Below, one piece after another: positions 18,245-27,856 of a stretch of 64,000 nucleotides of DNA (the stretch's first letter is position 1; every line of letters starts with the position of its first letter). The position numbers and the translations under genes are program-made. The stretch covers positions 1 to 64,000 of the forward strand of contig JBIOXB010000230.1 in NCBI GenBank assembly GCA_044869275.1. The letters are read 5' to 3'. Origin of the DNA: a bacterium. Its GTDB lineage: Bacteria > Zhuqueibacterota > Zhuqueibacteria > Zhuqueibacterales > Zhuqueibacteraceae. The notes below the pieces were generated by a model, which was not told where the DNA came from, did no database searches, and saw only the letters and a list, made by a program, of their open reading frames with translations.

Positions 18245-19363
18245 CTAAATCCTCTCTGCAATCGCCTTGGCCATCTCCATGGTCGAAGCTTCGCCGCCCA
18301 TGTCTTGCGTGCGCACTTTGCCTTCTTGTATGACGGTGGCAATGGCATTTTCGAGCACGCGCGCCAAGTCATGCTCCTGCAAATATTCGAGCATCATGAC
18401 CACTGCGCGCAGCAAGCCGATGGGATTGACGCGGTATTGTCCGGCCAGGCGCGGTGCCGAGCCGTGAATCGGTTCGAAGAGCGCATACTTTTCGCCGAGA
18501 TTCGCGCTCGCGCCGAAGCCGAGGCCGCCCACCAGCTGCGAGCACAGTTTCGACAGAATGTCACCAAACAAATTGCTACTCAACAGTACCGCAAAACTCT
18601 GCGGATTCTTCAGCAGCCACATGCAGAGATGATCGATATTCGCTTCGTAAAAGTCGACTTCAGCGTAACGCCTGGCCATCTTGCGTGCTTCGCGGATCAG
18701 CATGCCGCTGGTTTCGCGCGTGACGTTCGGCTTTTCCACCACCGTGACCGAACGAAAGCCGCGGTGCCGCGCATACTCGAACGCCTGTTGCGCGATGGCC
18801 TGGCAGCGCGGGCGGGTCATGATACGCACAGAAATTGCCACGTCTTCCGGAGGCAGATCCACATAGCGCCGCGCCGCGGGATGGTACGCGGCTATGGTCT
18901 TGATCACTTCCGGCGGCAGCGGATGGAACTCCACGCCCGTGTATAAACACTCGGAATTCTCGCGGAACACCACGAGGTTGATATCGTGCCGAAAATTGAG
19001 CGGATTGCCGGCGTAGGCCTTGCATGGGCGAATATTCGTGTGCAAATGAAGTTTTTGCCGCAACTGCAAAATGGCGCTTTGATAAGCCAAACCGCGATTC
19101 CGCAGCTCCGGCAGCAGCTCGCGTTCGGCCTCCTCGCGCGGCTTGCTGGTGACGGCGCCCAGCAAACACGCCTGCGTGCCTTTCAGCATGTCCAGCGTGC
19201 GCTCGGGCAAGGCATTGCCCTCGGTGCACCAGTAATGCCAGCCGATCTCGCCGTGAAAGTATTCGGCCTCCAGCCGCAGTTTGTCCAGAACAAGACGCGC
19301 CGCTTCCATGACGTCGCGGCCGACGCCGTCTCCCGGCAACCACCCGATCTTGTGCTTTGCCAT
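18245..19363 (-). CDS. Isocitrate/isopropylmalate dehydrogenase family protein
   Basis: LPGDGVG, NIRP, VVFRENSE, SNLFGDILS, GGLGFGASAN, ALFEPIHGSAP, RTQDMGG. Substrate not assignable. Confidence 0.9.
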   Translation of the reverse strand: MAKHKIGWLPGDGVGRDVMEAARLVLDKLRLEAEYFHGEIGWHYWCTEGNALPERTLDMLKGTQACLLGAVTSKPREEAERELLPELRNRGLAYQSAILQLRQKLHLHTNIRPCKAYAGNPLNFRHDINLVVFRENSECLYTGVEFHPLPPEVIKTIAAYHPAARRYVDLPPEDVAISVRIMTRPRCQAIAQQAFEYARHRGFRSVTVVEKPNVTRETSGMLIREARKMARRYAEVDFYEANIDHLCMWLLKNPQSFAVLLSSNLFGDILSKLCSQLVGGLGFGASANLGEKYALFEPIHGSAPRLAGQYRVNPIGLLRAVVMMLEYLQEHDLARVLENAIATVIQEGKVRTQDMGGEASTMEMAKAIAERI

Positions 19364-19439
19364 AAATCGCTCCACCAATCACCACCAGCACCATCCTGAT
19401 TCTATCTTCCCAAATTGGCGGGCGGCAGTTCGTGATTTA

Positions 19440-20834
19440 TCATTGATGAATCGCTTCACCCAGCGCATCCGCCGCCGCTTCCATCACCGCCTCGGCGAAC
19501 GTCGGATGCGCGTGCACGGTTTTGATCAATTCGTGCACTGTGGTTTCGAGGGTGCGCGCGACCACGAGCTCGGCGATCAGGTCCGTGGCTTCGTGTCCCA
19601 GTATATGCGCGCCCAGCAATTCGCCGTATTTCTTGTCGACCACCAGCTTCACAAAGCCGTCGGTTTCGCCCACGGCGAGGGATTTGCCCAACGGTTTGAA
19701 GCTGAAACGGCCTACGGCGACCTCATGACCTTGCGCGCGTGCCTGCTTTTCCGTCAATCCCACGCTCGCCACTTGGGGCTGGCAATAGGTGCAGCCCGGA
19801 ATGTTGCCATAATTCACTGGCACGGGAGGCTTGCCCGCTATATGCTCGACGCAGGCTATGCCCTCCGCAGAAGCAACATGCGCCAACAACGGTGCGCCGA
19901 TGACATCACCGACGGCGTAAATGCCGGGTACATTCGTCGCATAGGTTCGGCGATCAACCGCAATGAAGGTTTTGTCGACGGCGATGCCAAGATCTTCCAA
20001 ACCGAGATTGCCGGTCTGCCCGGAGAAGCCAATGGCCATTAACGCCACCTCGCCGGTCACTTTCTTTTCAGAGTTATTCACGGAATACGTCACGGTCACG
20101 TCTTTGGCCGAGGGCGTGACGCCGGAGACTTTCGCATTGGTTTCGATCACAATGCCGCTTTTTTTGTAAGTCGAGGCCAGCGCTTTCGCCACTTCTTCGT
20201 CTTCCAAAGGCAGGAGGTGCGGCATCATCTCGAGGATGGTGACTTTGCAGCCGAAAGCATTGTAAAAATAGGCGAATTCAATTCCAATTGGGCCGCCGCC
20301 GATGACGATCATGGATTTCGGCAACTCCGGCCAGATCATGGCCTCGGTGCTGGTAATGATCTTCTTGCGATCGAGTGCCACGCTGGGAAGGGAACGATGC
20401 GACCCGCCGGTGGCTACAATGATATGCTTCGCCTGGTATTCGCCCACCGCCTTGCCGTCCTTCGTCACTTCCACAACTTTGTCCTTGCGAATACGCCCGG
20501 CGCCGTCGATATGTTCGATTTTGTTTTTGCGAAAGAGAAAGGCTACACCTTTGGTGATTTGCTCGGCAATCTTGCGGCTGCGCTGAATAATTTTTTCCCA
20601 TTCGAAGGAAATCTCACCGGCCTGCAAGCCAAATTCCTGGGCGCGATGCAAAAGATGATACACTTCCGCAGAACGCAGCAACGCTTTGCTGGGAATGCAG
20701 CCCCAGTTCAAACACAGGCCGCCGAGCCTGTCTTTTTCAATCACGCCTACTTGCATGCCGAGCTGGGCCGCACGAATCGCGGCGACGTATCCGCCCGGAC
20801 CTCCGCCGACCACAATCAGGTCGAATTCTTTCAA
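19440..20834 (-). CDS. lpdA: Dihydrolipoyl dehydrogenase (E3)
   Basis: GGGPGGYVAAIRAAQLG, GGLCLNWGCIPSK, HAHPTFAEA. Confidence 0.96.
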   Translation of the reverse strand: MKEFDLIVVGGGPGGYVAAIRAAQLGMQVGVIEKDRLGGLCLNWGCIPSKALLRSAEVYHLLHRAQEFGLQAGEISFEWEKIIQRSRKIAEQITKGVAFLFRKNKIEHIDGAGRIRKDKVVEVTKDGKAVGEYQAKHIIVATGGSHRSLPSVALDRKKIITSTEAMIWPELPKSMIVIGGGPIGIEFAYFYNAFGCKVTILEMMPHLLPLEDEEVAKALASTYKKSGIVIETNAKVSGVTPSAKDVTVTYSVNNSEKKVTGEVALMAIGFSGQTGNLGLEDLGIAVDKTFIAVDRRTYATNVPGIYAVGDVIGAPLLAHVASAEGIACVEHIAGKPPVPVNYGNIPGCTYCQPQVASVGLTEKQARAQGHEVAVGRFSFKPLGKSLAVGETDGFVKLVVDKKYGELLGAHILGHEATDLIAELVVARTLETTVHELIKTVHAHPTFAEAVMEAAADALGEAIHQ

Positions 20835-20837
20835 TCG

Positions 20838-21896
20838 TCAGTCCTCGCGTTTCTGTTGATCGCTGTGTGGCAGCGGCAATCGCCGTTCGAAAACACCGTT
20901 ATCATTTTGCAATTTGCGCGCCAGGTGCTGCACAATGCTGTTCGCATGCATGCGCCCGTTCTCTATAAAAATGCTGTTGCCGTCCTTCCCCGCCGCCACC
21001 ACTCCGGCGACATACAAGCCGGGAATATTCGTCTCAAAAGATTCGCGATCAAAATGCGGCCGCCGGGTTTCATCCTCAATCACGATGCCGGCCTGTTGCA
21101 GAAATTCATAATCCGGGTGATAGCCGGTCAAGGCGAAAACCTGGTCGTTGTCCAGCACCTGCTTCTCGCCAGCCTCGTTTTGCACCAAAACTTTTTCCGG
21201 TGTGATCGCGGTCACGCGCGTGTTGAACATGGCTTTGATACTGCCTTCTTTGAGGCGGTTCAAGATATCCGGAAGTATCCAGTATTTCACGCTTGCGCCG
21301 ATTTCCCGGCCACGATGAATCATCGTCACCTCCGCGCCGTGGCGATAGAGGTCGAGCGCAGCTTCCACCGCTGAGTTCTTGCCGCCGATCACGGCCACAC
21401 GCCGGCGATAAAATGGAAAGGGCTCGGTGTAATAATGAGAGACTTTGGGCAGGTCTTCGCCGGGAATTCCGAGCGGATTAGGATGGTCATAAAAGCCTGT
21501 GGCCACCACCACAAATTTCGCGCGATAAACTTGGTGCTCACTCACCACTTCAAATGCAGGCGCGAGGGCGATCACTTTCGCCACGCGTTCATACAGCCGC
21601 AAATTCAAGTCAAAATGCGAAGTCACGCGACGGTAGTAGTTCAACGCCTCCTGGCGCGTGGGCTTCTCCGCAGAAATCACGAACGGCACTTCGCCGATCT
21701 CCAACAACTCCGGCGTGGAAAAAAAAGTCATGTGCTTGGGAAAATGAAACAACGAATTCGTCAAGCCTCCTTTCTCCAAAATTACATGAGAAAGACCACG
21801 CCGCTGCCCTTCGATGCCGCAAGCCAAGCCTACCGGCCCGGCGCCGATGATCGCGATATCGTAAACAGATGCTTTTTGCGCTCCGCCTCGATGCAT
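20838..21896 (-). CDS. YpdA-family putative bacillithiol disulfide reductase
   Basis: IIGAGPVG, MTFFSTPELLEIG, KPTRQEALNYY, SHYYTEP, SVKYWILPD, IFIENGRMH. Confidence 0.85.
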   Translation of the reverse strand: MHRGGAQKASVYDIAIIGAGPVGLACGIEGQRRGLSHVILEKGGLTNSLFHFPKHMTFFSTPELLEIGEVPFVISAEKPTRQEALNYYRRVTSHFDLNLRLYERVAKVIALAPAFEVVSEHQVYRAKFVVVATGFYDHPNPLGIPGEDLPKVSHYYTEPFPFYRRRVAVIGGKNSAVEAALDLYRHGAEVTMIHRGREIGASVKYWILPDILNRLKEGSIKAMFNTRVTAITPEKVLVQNEAGEKQVLDNDQVFALTGYHPDYEFLQQAGIVIEDETRRPHFDRESFETNIPGLYVAGVVAAGKDGNSIFIENGRMHANSIVQHLARKLQNDNGVFERRLPLPHSDQQKRED

Positions 21897-22149
21897 CGTC
21901 ACAATCGACTCAGGATCCTTTCGCTGCCAGCACACCCCCGCCCAGAATTAAAAAGCATTATAACGAATCCCCGATATAATTTCAAGGGCTATTTCGCCAT
22001 CATTGCGGTAGCGCTTTCAATCTCGAAGGAATGAAATCCCCACGCTCCAAGGCCAGCATTTTCAAGCGCAGACGCAAGGCTTCCTCCCGAAAAAACACGT
22101 CAGGTTCTCTGCAACGGGCGTGCACTCTCCCCCGAACTCGTTCTCCCAA

Positions 22150-23034
22150 TCAGTTTATCTTGGAATAATCATACACTCCGCGCCCGGCTTTGCGGCCGAG
22201 GCGGCCGGCTTTGACGTATTGGACCATCAAAGGGCAAGGCCGGTATTTCTCGCCGAGAGTTTGATGCAGAAAGTTGAGGATGTTCAGCCGCGTGTCGAGG
22301 CCAACCAGATCGACCAATTCGAACGGGCCCATGGGATGATTCAAACCCAGCTTGAGCGCCTTGTCTATTTCTTCCGCCGCAGCCACGCCTTCTTGCAGCA
22401 AGTAAAACGCTTCGTTGCCGATCAGCGCATTGATGCGGGTCGTGATGAACCCCGGCGATTCTTTGATCACCACCGGCTCTTTTTGCATCGCCTGCGCAAC
22501 TCTTTTCGTGATTTCGATCGTGGCCTCCGAGGTTTCCAACCCGCGAATGATCTCGATCAATTTCATCAGCGGTACGGGGTTGAAAAAGTGCATGCCCACG
22601 ACCTGCATCGGGCGCAGCGTCGCGCCTGCCATTTCCGTGACGGACAAGGAGGAAGTGTTTGTCGCCAGGATGGCGTGCTTGGGTGTAAGCTTGTCCAGCC
22701 TGGCAAACAGCTCAATTTTCATGCTGATCTTTTCCGGCACTGCTTCGATGACGAAATCCGCGAAATTGACGGCGTCTTCGAAATGGCTCGTGACCTGCAG
22801 GCGGGCGTAGGCTTTTGCCGCGGCTTCTTGCTGGACTACGCCTTTAGCCACGGCTTTTTGGAAGCTGGCCAGAACGTAACTGCCGGCTTGCTGCAAAATT
22901 TCGTCGGAAATATCGTACAGCTTGGTTTGATAACCGGCGAGACAGGAGGCGTAGGCTATGCCGCGTCCCATCGTGCCGGCGCCGAGAACGGCGAGGGTGT
23001 TGGTTTGTTGAGGAACTGCGTTTGCTTCGCTCAT
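22150..23034 (-). CDS. 3-hydroxyacyl-CoA (3-hydroxybutyryl-CoA) dehydrogenase
   Basis: GAGTMGRGIA, VIEAVPE, TNTSSLS, GMHFFNPVP, GLNHPMGPF, GRLGRKAGRG. Confidence 0.93.
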   Translation of the reverse strand: MSEANAVPQQTNTLAVLGAGTMGRGIAYASCLAGYQTKLYDISDEILQQAGSYVLASFQKAVAKGVVQQEAAAKAYARLQVTSHFEDAVNFADFVIEAVPEKISMKIELFARLDKLTPKHAILATNTSSLSVTEMAGATLRPMQVVGMHFFNPVPLMKLIEIIRGLETSEATIEITKRVAQAMQKEPVVIKESPGFITTRINALIGNEAFYLLQEGVAAAEEIDKALKLGLNHPMGPFELVDLVGLDTRLNILNFLHQTLGEKYRPCPLMVQYVKAGRLGRKAGRGVYDYSKIN

Positions 23035-23160
23035 TTGGAGGTGCCGATTTTTTGCGGAGATTTCTCAGCGTTTAAGCGTGGCCCCGCTGCTTCGGAATTC
23101 CCGAATACGGGATTCAGCGCTCAATTTTTCGATAGCATGCCCGGTGCCCCCAAAAGAGAC

Positions 23161-24087
23161 TTACGGCATGACTTGCGTGGGCGGAGACAAGTGCGCACGT
23201 AAAAAGTTTTCCGCCAGGGCATAGACATGCACCAGCCGCGCCGGATCATTGCTGGCGCCGGAGAATTTGACCACGTCGCAGGTCTGCAAAATCTCTTCCA
23301 GTTGCATGCCGCGCGAGACCTCGCTGTCCTGCGCGCGATAAGCGGCCAGCACTTCCGTGGTCGAGATGCCTTGCAACGGAATATTGAAACGGTGCTGCAA
23401 ATACTTCCGCACCACGCGCGACACCTCCGAGAAACCCGGTTTCGTTTCCAGGCTCTTCAAGTCCACCGCCGCGTGCAATTGCTCAAAAAACTCCTGCTCC
23501 AGCGGTTTGGCCATTTGGTGTGTGCGTTGTTCCAGTTCTTTTTTCTTTTGCCGCGCTTCCCATCGCAATACCGCGGCGCCCGCCAGAATCGTTGCGGCCA
23601 ATCCGGCGATCATGGCCAAGCCTAGCGGGGCGTCTTCCGGCTCGCGCACGGGGTCGATTACTTTGATTCCCAAACGATCGGCATACAACACTTGTTTTTC
23701 ATTCGTCGTTTTGTCGAGGTAGCTCACACGCAAAGCCTCGACGTAGCCCATGCCCAGATTTTCTGGTTGGAGCGTATATTCAAAGGTCTTGATCGCGGTG
23801 TTGCGGCCGTTTTCAATACCCACCTGATTTGAGGAAGAAGAGCCGGCAAGCTTGAAATTGGAGAGTTTTGGCGTTTCTGGCGGATCGAATTCGATTTGCG
23901 CGAGCGGGCCGGTCCACTTCAATTCCACCACAAAAACAGTGGTACGGTTCAGCGGCACTTCTTCGTGCAAAGCCTTCGCGCTGATTTGGACGCGCGCCGG
24001 TTCCTGAGCGGCAGGAACGCGCGAGCACAGTACCCAGAGCGCCAAAACAAGAAGAGAACTTTTGCGGGATGCAAAAGCTTGATTCAT
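23161..24087 (-). CDS. BatD-like exported/membrane-anchored protein
   Basis: Signal peptide, beta-rich domain (SSSNQV...TFEYTLQP...G), one TM helix, C-terminal STTEV...CDVVKFS segment typical of Bat-associated proteins. Confidence 0.55.
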   Translation of the reverse strand: MNQAFASRKSSLLVLALWVLCSRVPAAQEPARVQISAKALHEEVPLNRTTVFVVELKWTGPLAQIEFDPPETPKLSNFKLAGSSSSNQVGIENGRNTAIKTFEYTLQPENLGMGYVEALRVSYLDKTTNEKQVLYADRLGIKVIDPVREPEDAPLGLAMIAGLAATILAGAAVLRWEARQKKKELEQRTHQMAKPLEQEFFEQLHAAVDLKSLETKPGFSEVSRVVRKYLQHRFNIPLQGISTTEVLAAYRAQDSEVSRGMQLEEILQTCDVVKFSGASNDPARLVHVYALAENFLRAHLSPPTQVMP

Positions 24088-24110
24088 TTTCTCCACCTCG
24101 TTTCTCAAAC

Positions 24111-24142
24111 AAAAAAGCCGAAATCAAGTCGTTTCGGCTTTT
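24111..24142 (-). terminator. Rho-independent terminator
   Basis: AAAAAAGCCGAAA-loop-TTTCGGCTTTT, downstream of the TPR gene. Confidence 0.7.
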
Positions 24143-24203
24143 ACTGCAACTTTTGCAAAGATCAGGCCTAGGTTCCAGACTGGTGCGAGGGAAAATACTG
24201 CGG

Positions 24204-24932
24204 TCAGGGCTGCGCCTTCGGTCCGCCGGCCGGCTTCTGGTCCGAAGTCATGGGCTGGCCGTCGCTGGCGGGCGGCGTGTTCTTGGCATTTGCGATGAAA
24301 TCCAGTTCGCTGATGTCTTTGCCGAGGTGCTCCAATTCCCAATCCACCGAAGGCGTCAATTCGTGCTGGGGGTACTTTTGCTTGAAGGTGGTGTACGCCA
24401 GCCGCGCTTGATCGAGATTCTTGAGGTGGTTGGCATAAATGTAGCCGATCATAAATTGCGCCTGCGCGGCATGTTTGCTCTCCGGATACTCTTGCAGCAG
24501 GCGCTGATAGGCGTCGATGGCTCTTTGATATTGCTCCTGATTGTTGAGCGAAATCAAGCCGATCTTCTGCAACACTTCGTCGCGCTGGCCATAGTCGGGA
24601 AAACGCGCCAGCAAGGCATGATACAAAACCAATGCTTCGCCGAATTGCTCGTGCGTTTCGTACTTTTCAATTTCGGCCTGCAGCTGGTCTTGCGGCAAAG
24701 AAGCTGCACTGTTGATCAGCGCCACCTTTTGGCGCGCGGTTTCGACCTGGCTGTTTTGGGGAAAGTCATTGACCAGTTTTTCATAATACTTTTTTGCCTG
24801 CTTGTAGTCTGACTGCAATTCCGCCTCGCGTGCCTTGGTCACCAGTTGTTCTTCGGTCAACTTTTCACCGCAACCAGCGAGCACGGCCACGCTCATGCCA
24901 AGCAGCCAGATTATTTTTCGAACACCTTGCAT
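24204..24932 (-). CDS. TPR-repeat lipoprotein (BamD/CpoB-like repeats)
   Basis: Lipobox LAGC; repeated A...Y..L...(Y/F)P.S TPR units, AQFMIGYIY. Confidence 0.75.
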   Translation of the reverse strand: MQGVRKIIWLLGMSVAVLAGCGEKLTEEQLVTKAREAELQSDYKQAKKYYEKLVNDFPQNSQVETARQKVALINSAASLPQDQLQAEIEKYETHEQFGEALVLYHALLARFPDYGQRDEVLQKIGLISLNNQEQYQRAIDAYQRLLQEYPESKHAAQAQFMIGYIYANHLKNLDQARLAYTTFKQKYPQHELTPSVDWELEHLGKDISELDFIANAKNTPPASDGQPMTSDQKPAGGPKAQP

Positions 24933-25104
24933 GCCAAAATCCTCCGAGAATGATGATAAACTTCCAAAGACGCAAAAATCTATGACGCCAAGGCTAAAAA
25001 ATCAAGCGCTATTTTCCCACGCCACGCGCTCAACCCCGAATGGGCAGTCAGGCTTCGTGCAGTCAAACTTCCTGCCCGCCCAAGCCCGGCTTCGCGCACG
25101 CCAA

Positions 25105-25136
25105 TAAAAAAGGCGAGGTGGGTCGACCTCGCCTTT
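25105..25136 (-). terminator. Rho-independent terminator of dnaK
   Basis: AAAGGCGAGGT-GGGTCG-ACCTCGCCTTT stem followed by a U-run on the minus strand. Confidence 0.8.
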
Positions 25137-25155
25137 ATAGGAGTGCATCAGGGAA

Positions 25156-27060
25156 TTACTTTTTTGCAGAATCTTCGTCAACGACTTCAAAGTCGGCTTC
25201 TTCGACCTTTTCTTTCGGTGCCTCGGCGCCGTTGGTGTTTGGTTGCGGGTCGCCCGCCGCCGTGGCGCGCTCGTACATCTTGCTGGAAACTTCGTTCCAG
25301 ATGGAGTTGAGCTGTTCGCAGGCCGCTTTGATTTCTTCCGGACGCTCGGAGCTCATGACGTCGCGAATCTTCTGCACGGCCTTCTGCAAACGGTCCTGCG
25401 ATTCGGCGTCGAGCTTGTCGCCCATGTCTTTGACGTTTTTCTCGGTTTGGTAAATGAGCTGGTCGGCGTAGTTCTTCGCTTCGACCAATTCTCGCTTCTT
25501 TTTGTCTTCTGCTGCGTGTTCGCGCGCATCGCGCTCCATCTTCGAGATTTCATCCTTGCTCAAACCGGTGGAGGCTTCGATGCGAATGCGCTGTTCTTTG
25601 CTCGTGGCCTTGTCGCGCGCCGACACGTTCAAAATGCCGTTCGCGTCGATGTCGAACGTCACTTCGATTTGGGGCACGCCGCGCGGAGCGGGCGGAATGC
25701 CATCCAAAATAAAGCGGCCGAGCGTGCGGTTGTCCAATGCCATCTCGCGCTCGCCTTGCAGAATATGAATTTCTACCTGCGTCTGGCTGTCAGAGGCGGT
25801 CGAGAAAACTTCCGATTTCTTGCAAGGAATAGTGGTGTTGCGCTCGATCAAGCGTGTGGTCACGCCGCCCAGCGTTTCGATGCCTAATGACAGCGGGGTG
25901 ACGTCGAGCAACAGCACGTCTTTCACATCGCCGGCCAGCACCCCGCCTTGAATGGCGGCGCCGACGGCCACCACTTCATCGGGGTTCACGCCTCTGTGCG
26001 GTTCTTTATTGAACAGCTTGCGCACGATTTCCTGGACTCTGGGCATGCGCGTCGAGCCGCCGACGAGCACCACTTCGTCGATATCTTCCGGGCGCAAATC
26101 CGCGTCGCGCAGCGCCGATTGACAGGGACCGACGGTGCGCTCGAACAGGTCATCGCACAGTTGCTCGAACTTGGCGCGTGTCAGCGTCATTTGCAAATGC
26201 TTGGGGCCGGCATCGGTGGCCGTGATAAACGGCAGATTGATGTCGGTTTGCATGACGGTGGAAAGCTCACACTTGGCTTTTTCCGCTGCTTCCTTCAAGC
26301 GTTGCAGCGCCATGGCATCTTTGCTAAGATCGACGCCCTCTTGCCGGCGAAACTCTTCCACCAGCCAGTTGATGACGCGTTGATCGAAGTCGTCACCGCC
26401 AAGATGCGTATCGCCGTTGGTGGCCTTCACTTCGAACACGCCCTCGCCGATTTCCAAAATGGAAATATCGAACGTGCCACCGCCCAAATCATACACCGCA
26501 ATCTTTTCATCCTTCTTGCGGTCCAAGCCATAAGCCAGCGAAGCGGCGGTGGGCTCATTGATGATGCGCTTCACCACCAAGCCCGCAACCTCGCCCGCTT
26601 CCTTGGTGGCCTGGCGCTGGCTGTCGTTAAAATACGCCGGCACCGTAATCACGGCTTCGGTGACCTTCTCGCCCAGATAATCTTCCGCGGTTTGCTTCAT
26701 CTTCTGCAAAACCATCGCGGAGATTTCCTGGGGCGTGTATTCCTTGCCGCTGATATTGACGACCGCGACATCATTCTTGCCGGAAATAACGGTATAAGGA
26801 ATGGACTTGCGCTCGCGATCTACTTCGCTGAAACGCCGGCCCATGAAGCGCTTGATAGAATAAATCGTGTTTTTGGGATTGGTGATGGCTTGCCGCTTGG
26901 CTACCTGGCCAACAAGCCGCTCGCCGGTTTTCGAAAACGCGACCACTGAGGGCGTGGTGCGCGCGCCTTCTGAGTTCGGAATGACCACCGGCTCGCCGCC
27001 TTCCATGACGGCAACACACGAGTTTGTGGTGCCTAAATCAATACCAATAATCTTACCCAT
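25156..27060 (-). CDS. dnaK: Chaperone DnaK (Hsp70)
   Basis: [41 protein letters not shown]. Confidence 0.99.
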   Translation of the reverse strand: MGKIIGIDLGTTNSCVAVMEGGEPVVIPNSEGARTTPSVVAFSKTGERLVGQVAKRQAITNPKNTIYSIKRFMGRRFSEVDRERKSIPYTVISGKNDVAVVNISGKEYTPQEISAMVLQKMKQTAEDYLGEKVTEAVITVPAYFNDSQRQATKEAGEVAGLVVKRIINEPTAASLAYGLDRKKDEKIAVYDLGGGTFDISILEIGEGVFEVKATNGDTHLGGDDFDQRVINWLVEEFRRQEGVDLSKDAMALQRLKEAAEKAKCELSTVMQTDINLPFITATDAGPKHLQMTLTRAKFEQLCDDLFERTVGPCQSALRDADLRPEDIDEVVLVGGSTRMPRVQEIVRKLFNKEPHRGVNPDEVVAVGAAIQGGVLAGDVKDVLLLDVTPLSLGIETLGGVTTRLIERNTTIPCKKSEVFSTASDSQTQVEIHILQGEREMALDNRTLGRFILDGIPPAPRGVPQIEVTFDIDANGILNVSARDKATSKEQRIRIEASTGLSKDEISKMERDAREHAAEDKKKRELVEAKNYADQLIYQTEKNVKDMGDKLDAESQDRLQKAVQKIRDVMSSERPEEIKAACEQLNSIWNEVSSKMYERATAAGDPQPNTNGAEAPKEKVEEADFEVVDEDSAKK

Positions 27061-27168
27061 TCAAACAACCTCCACAAAATGATCTTGTTTCAAAACAAAG
27101 TTTCGCCACCGCAATGAGTAGCGCCTTGTCGATTCTCTTCAATGCTTGTTCGCATTGAACTTCTAATC

Positions 27169-27309
27169 ACAAGTGGTATGCCACAATCATACCACACCAA
27201 AACCTTTGCGCTTGTTTCATATCAATCAATAGGTTATGCGGTATTCCAGCTAATCTGAGGAAGAAAGATGGCAAGTCTTTTTTGCAGGAAAAACGACAAG
27301 CTGGCAGAA
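27169..27309 (-). promoter_or_regulatory. Candidate sigma-54 promoter region of dnaK with IHF site and upstream motif
   Basis: Minus-strand TGGCATACCACTTGT (GG-N10-GT, imperfect -12) at 27183-27169; AATCAATAGGTTA (IHF consensus WATCAA-N4-TTR) at 27224-27236; AAACGACAAGCTGGCAGAA at 27291-27309. Confidence 0.5.
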
Positions 27310-27380
27310 AAAGCAACGGCCTGTGTCCACGAAGCAGGGACAGGCCGTTGTTGGTTCAAAAAACTACAAACAAGCTGAAA

Positions 27381-27755
27381 TCATTCTTCTTCGCCAGCAG
27401 CGCGCCGGCGTTCATAGGATTCTTGGGCTTCGCGGCAACGCGGTGCCCAAGGCATCGCTTCGAGGCGGGATTCTGGAATTTCTTTGCCCGTGTCGATGCA
27501 CAGGCCATACGTGCCCTCGCGAATGCGCTTGAGCGCGTCTTCAATTTCTGTCAAGACGTCCGTGTCCATAGACAGTAACCCAGAAATATATTCCTTGTCG
27601 CGATCTAGCTTGGAAGATTCTTCAAATTCCGCTGAGCGCGTCATGGTCGTGCCTTCGAACTCGACTTCGTTGCGATTGAGTGATCGCAGAATGCGCTCCC
27701 GTTCCTGCAACAAGCGGTTTTTAAACTGCTCCAACTTCCTTTTGTCGATGGGCAT
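27381..27755 (-). CDS. TraR/DksA-family protein (two-Cys variant)
   Basis: Coiled coil, EIEDALKRIREGTYGLCIDTGKEIPESRLEAMPWAPRCREAQ. Confidence 0.88.
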   Translation of the reverse strand: MPIDKRKLEQFKNRLLQERERILRSLNRNEVEFEGTTMTRSAEFEESSKLDRDKEYISGLLSMDTDVLTEIEDALKRIREGTYGLCIDTGKEIPESRLEAMPWAPRCREAQESYERRRAAGEEE

Positions 27756-27856
27756 TATGACAACCCTTTGCTTGGGTTTGAAACAGTGTACATGTTGTAA
27801 CATGCACTTCGATTGTTCATAAACAAATTACGCCATTTTCAAAAAGCGGCGGGAAT

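Noticed and set aside
27060..27380. CIRCE/HrcA operator upstream of dnaK
   Set aside because: No TTAGCACTC-N9-GAGTGCTAA match found on either strand.
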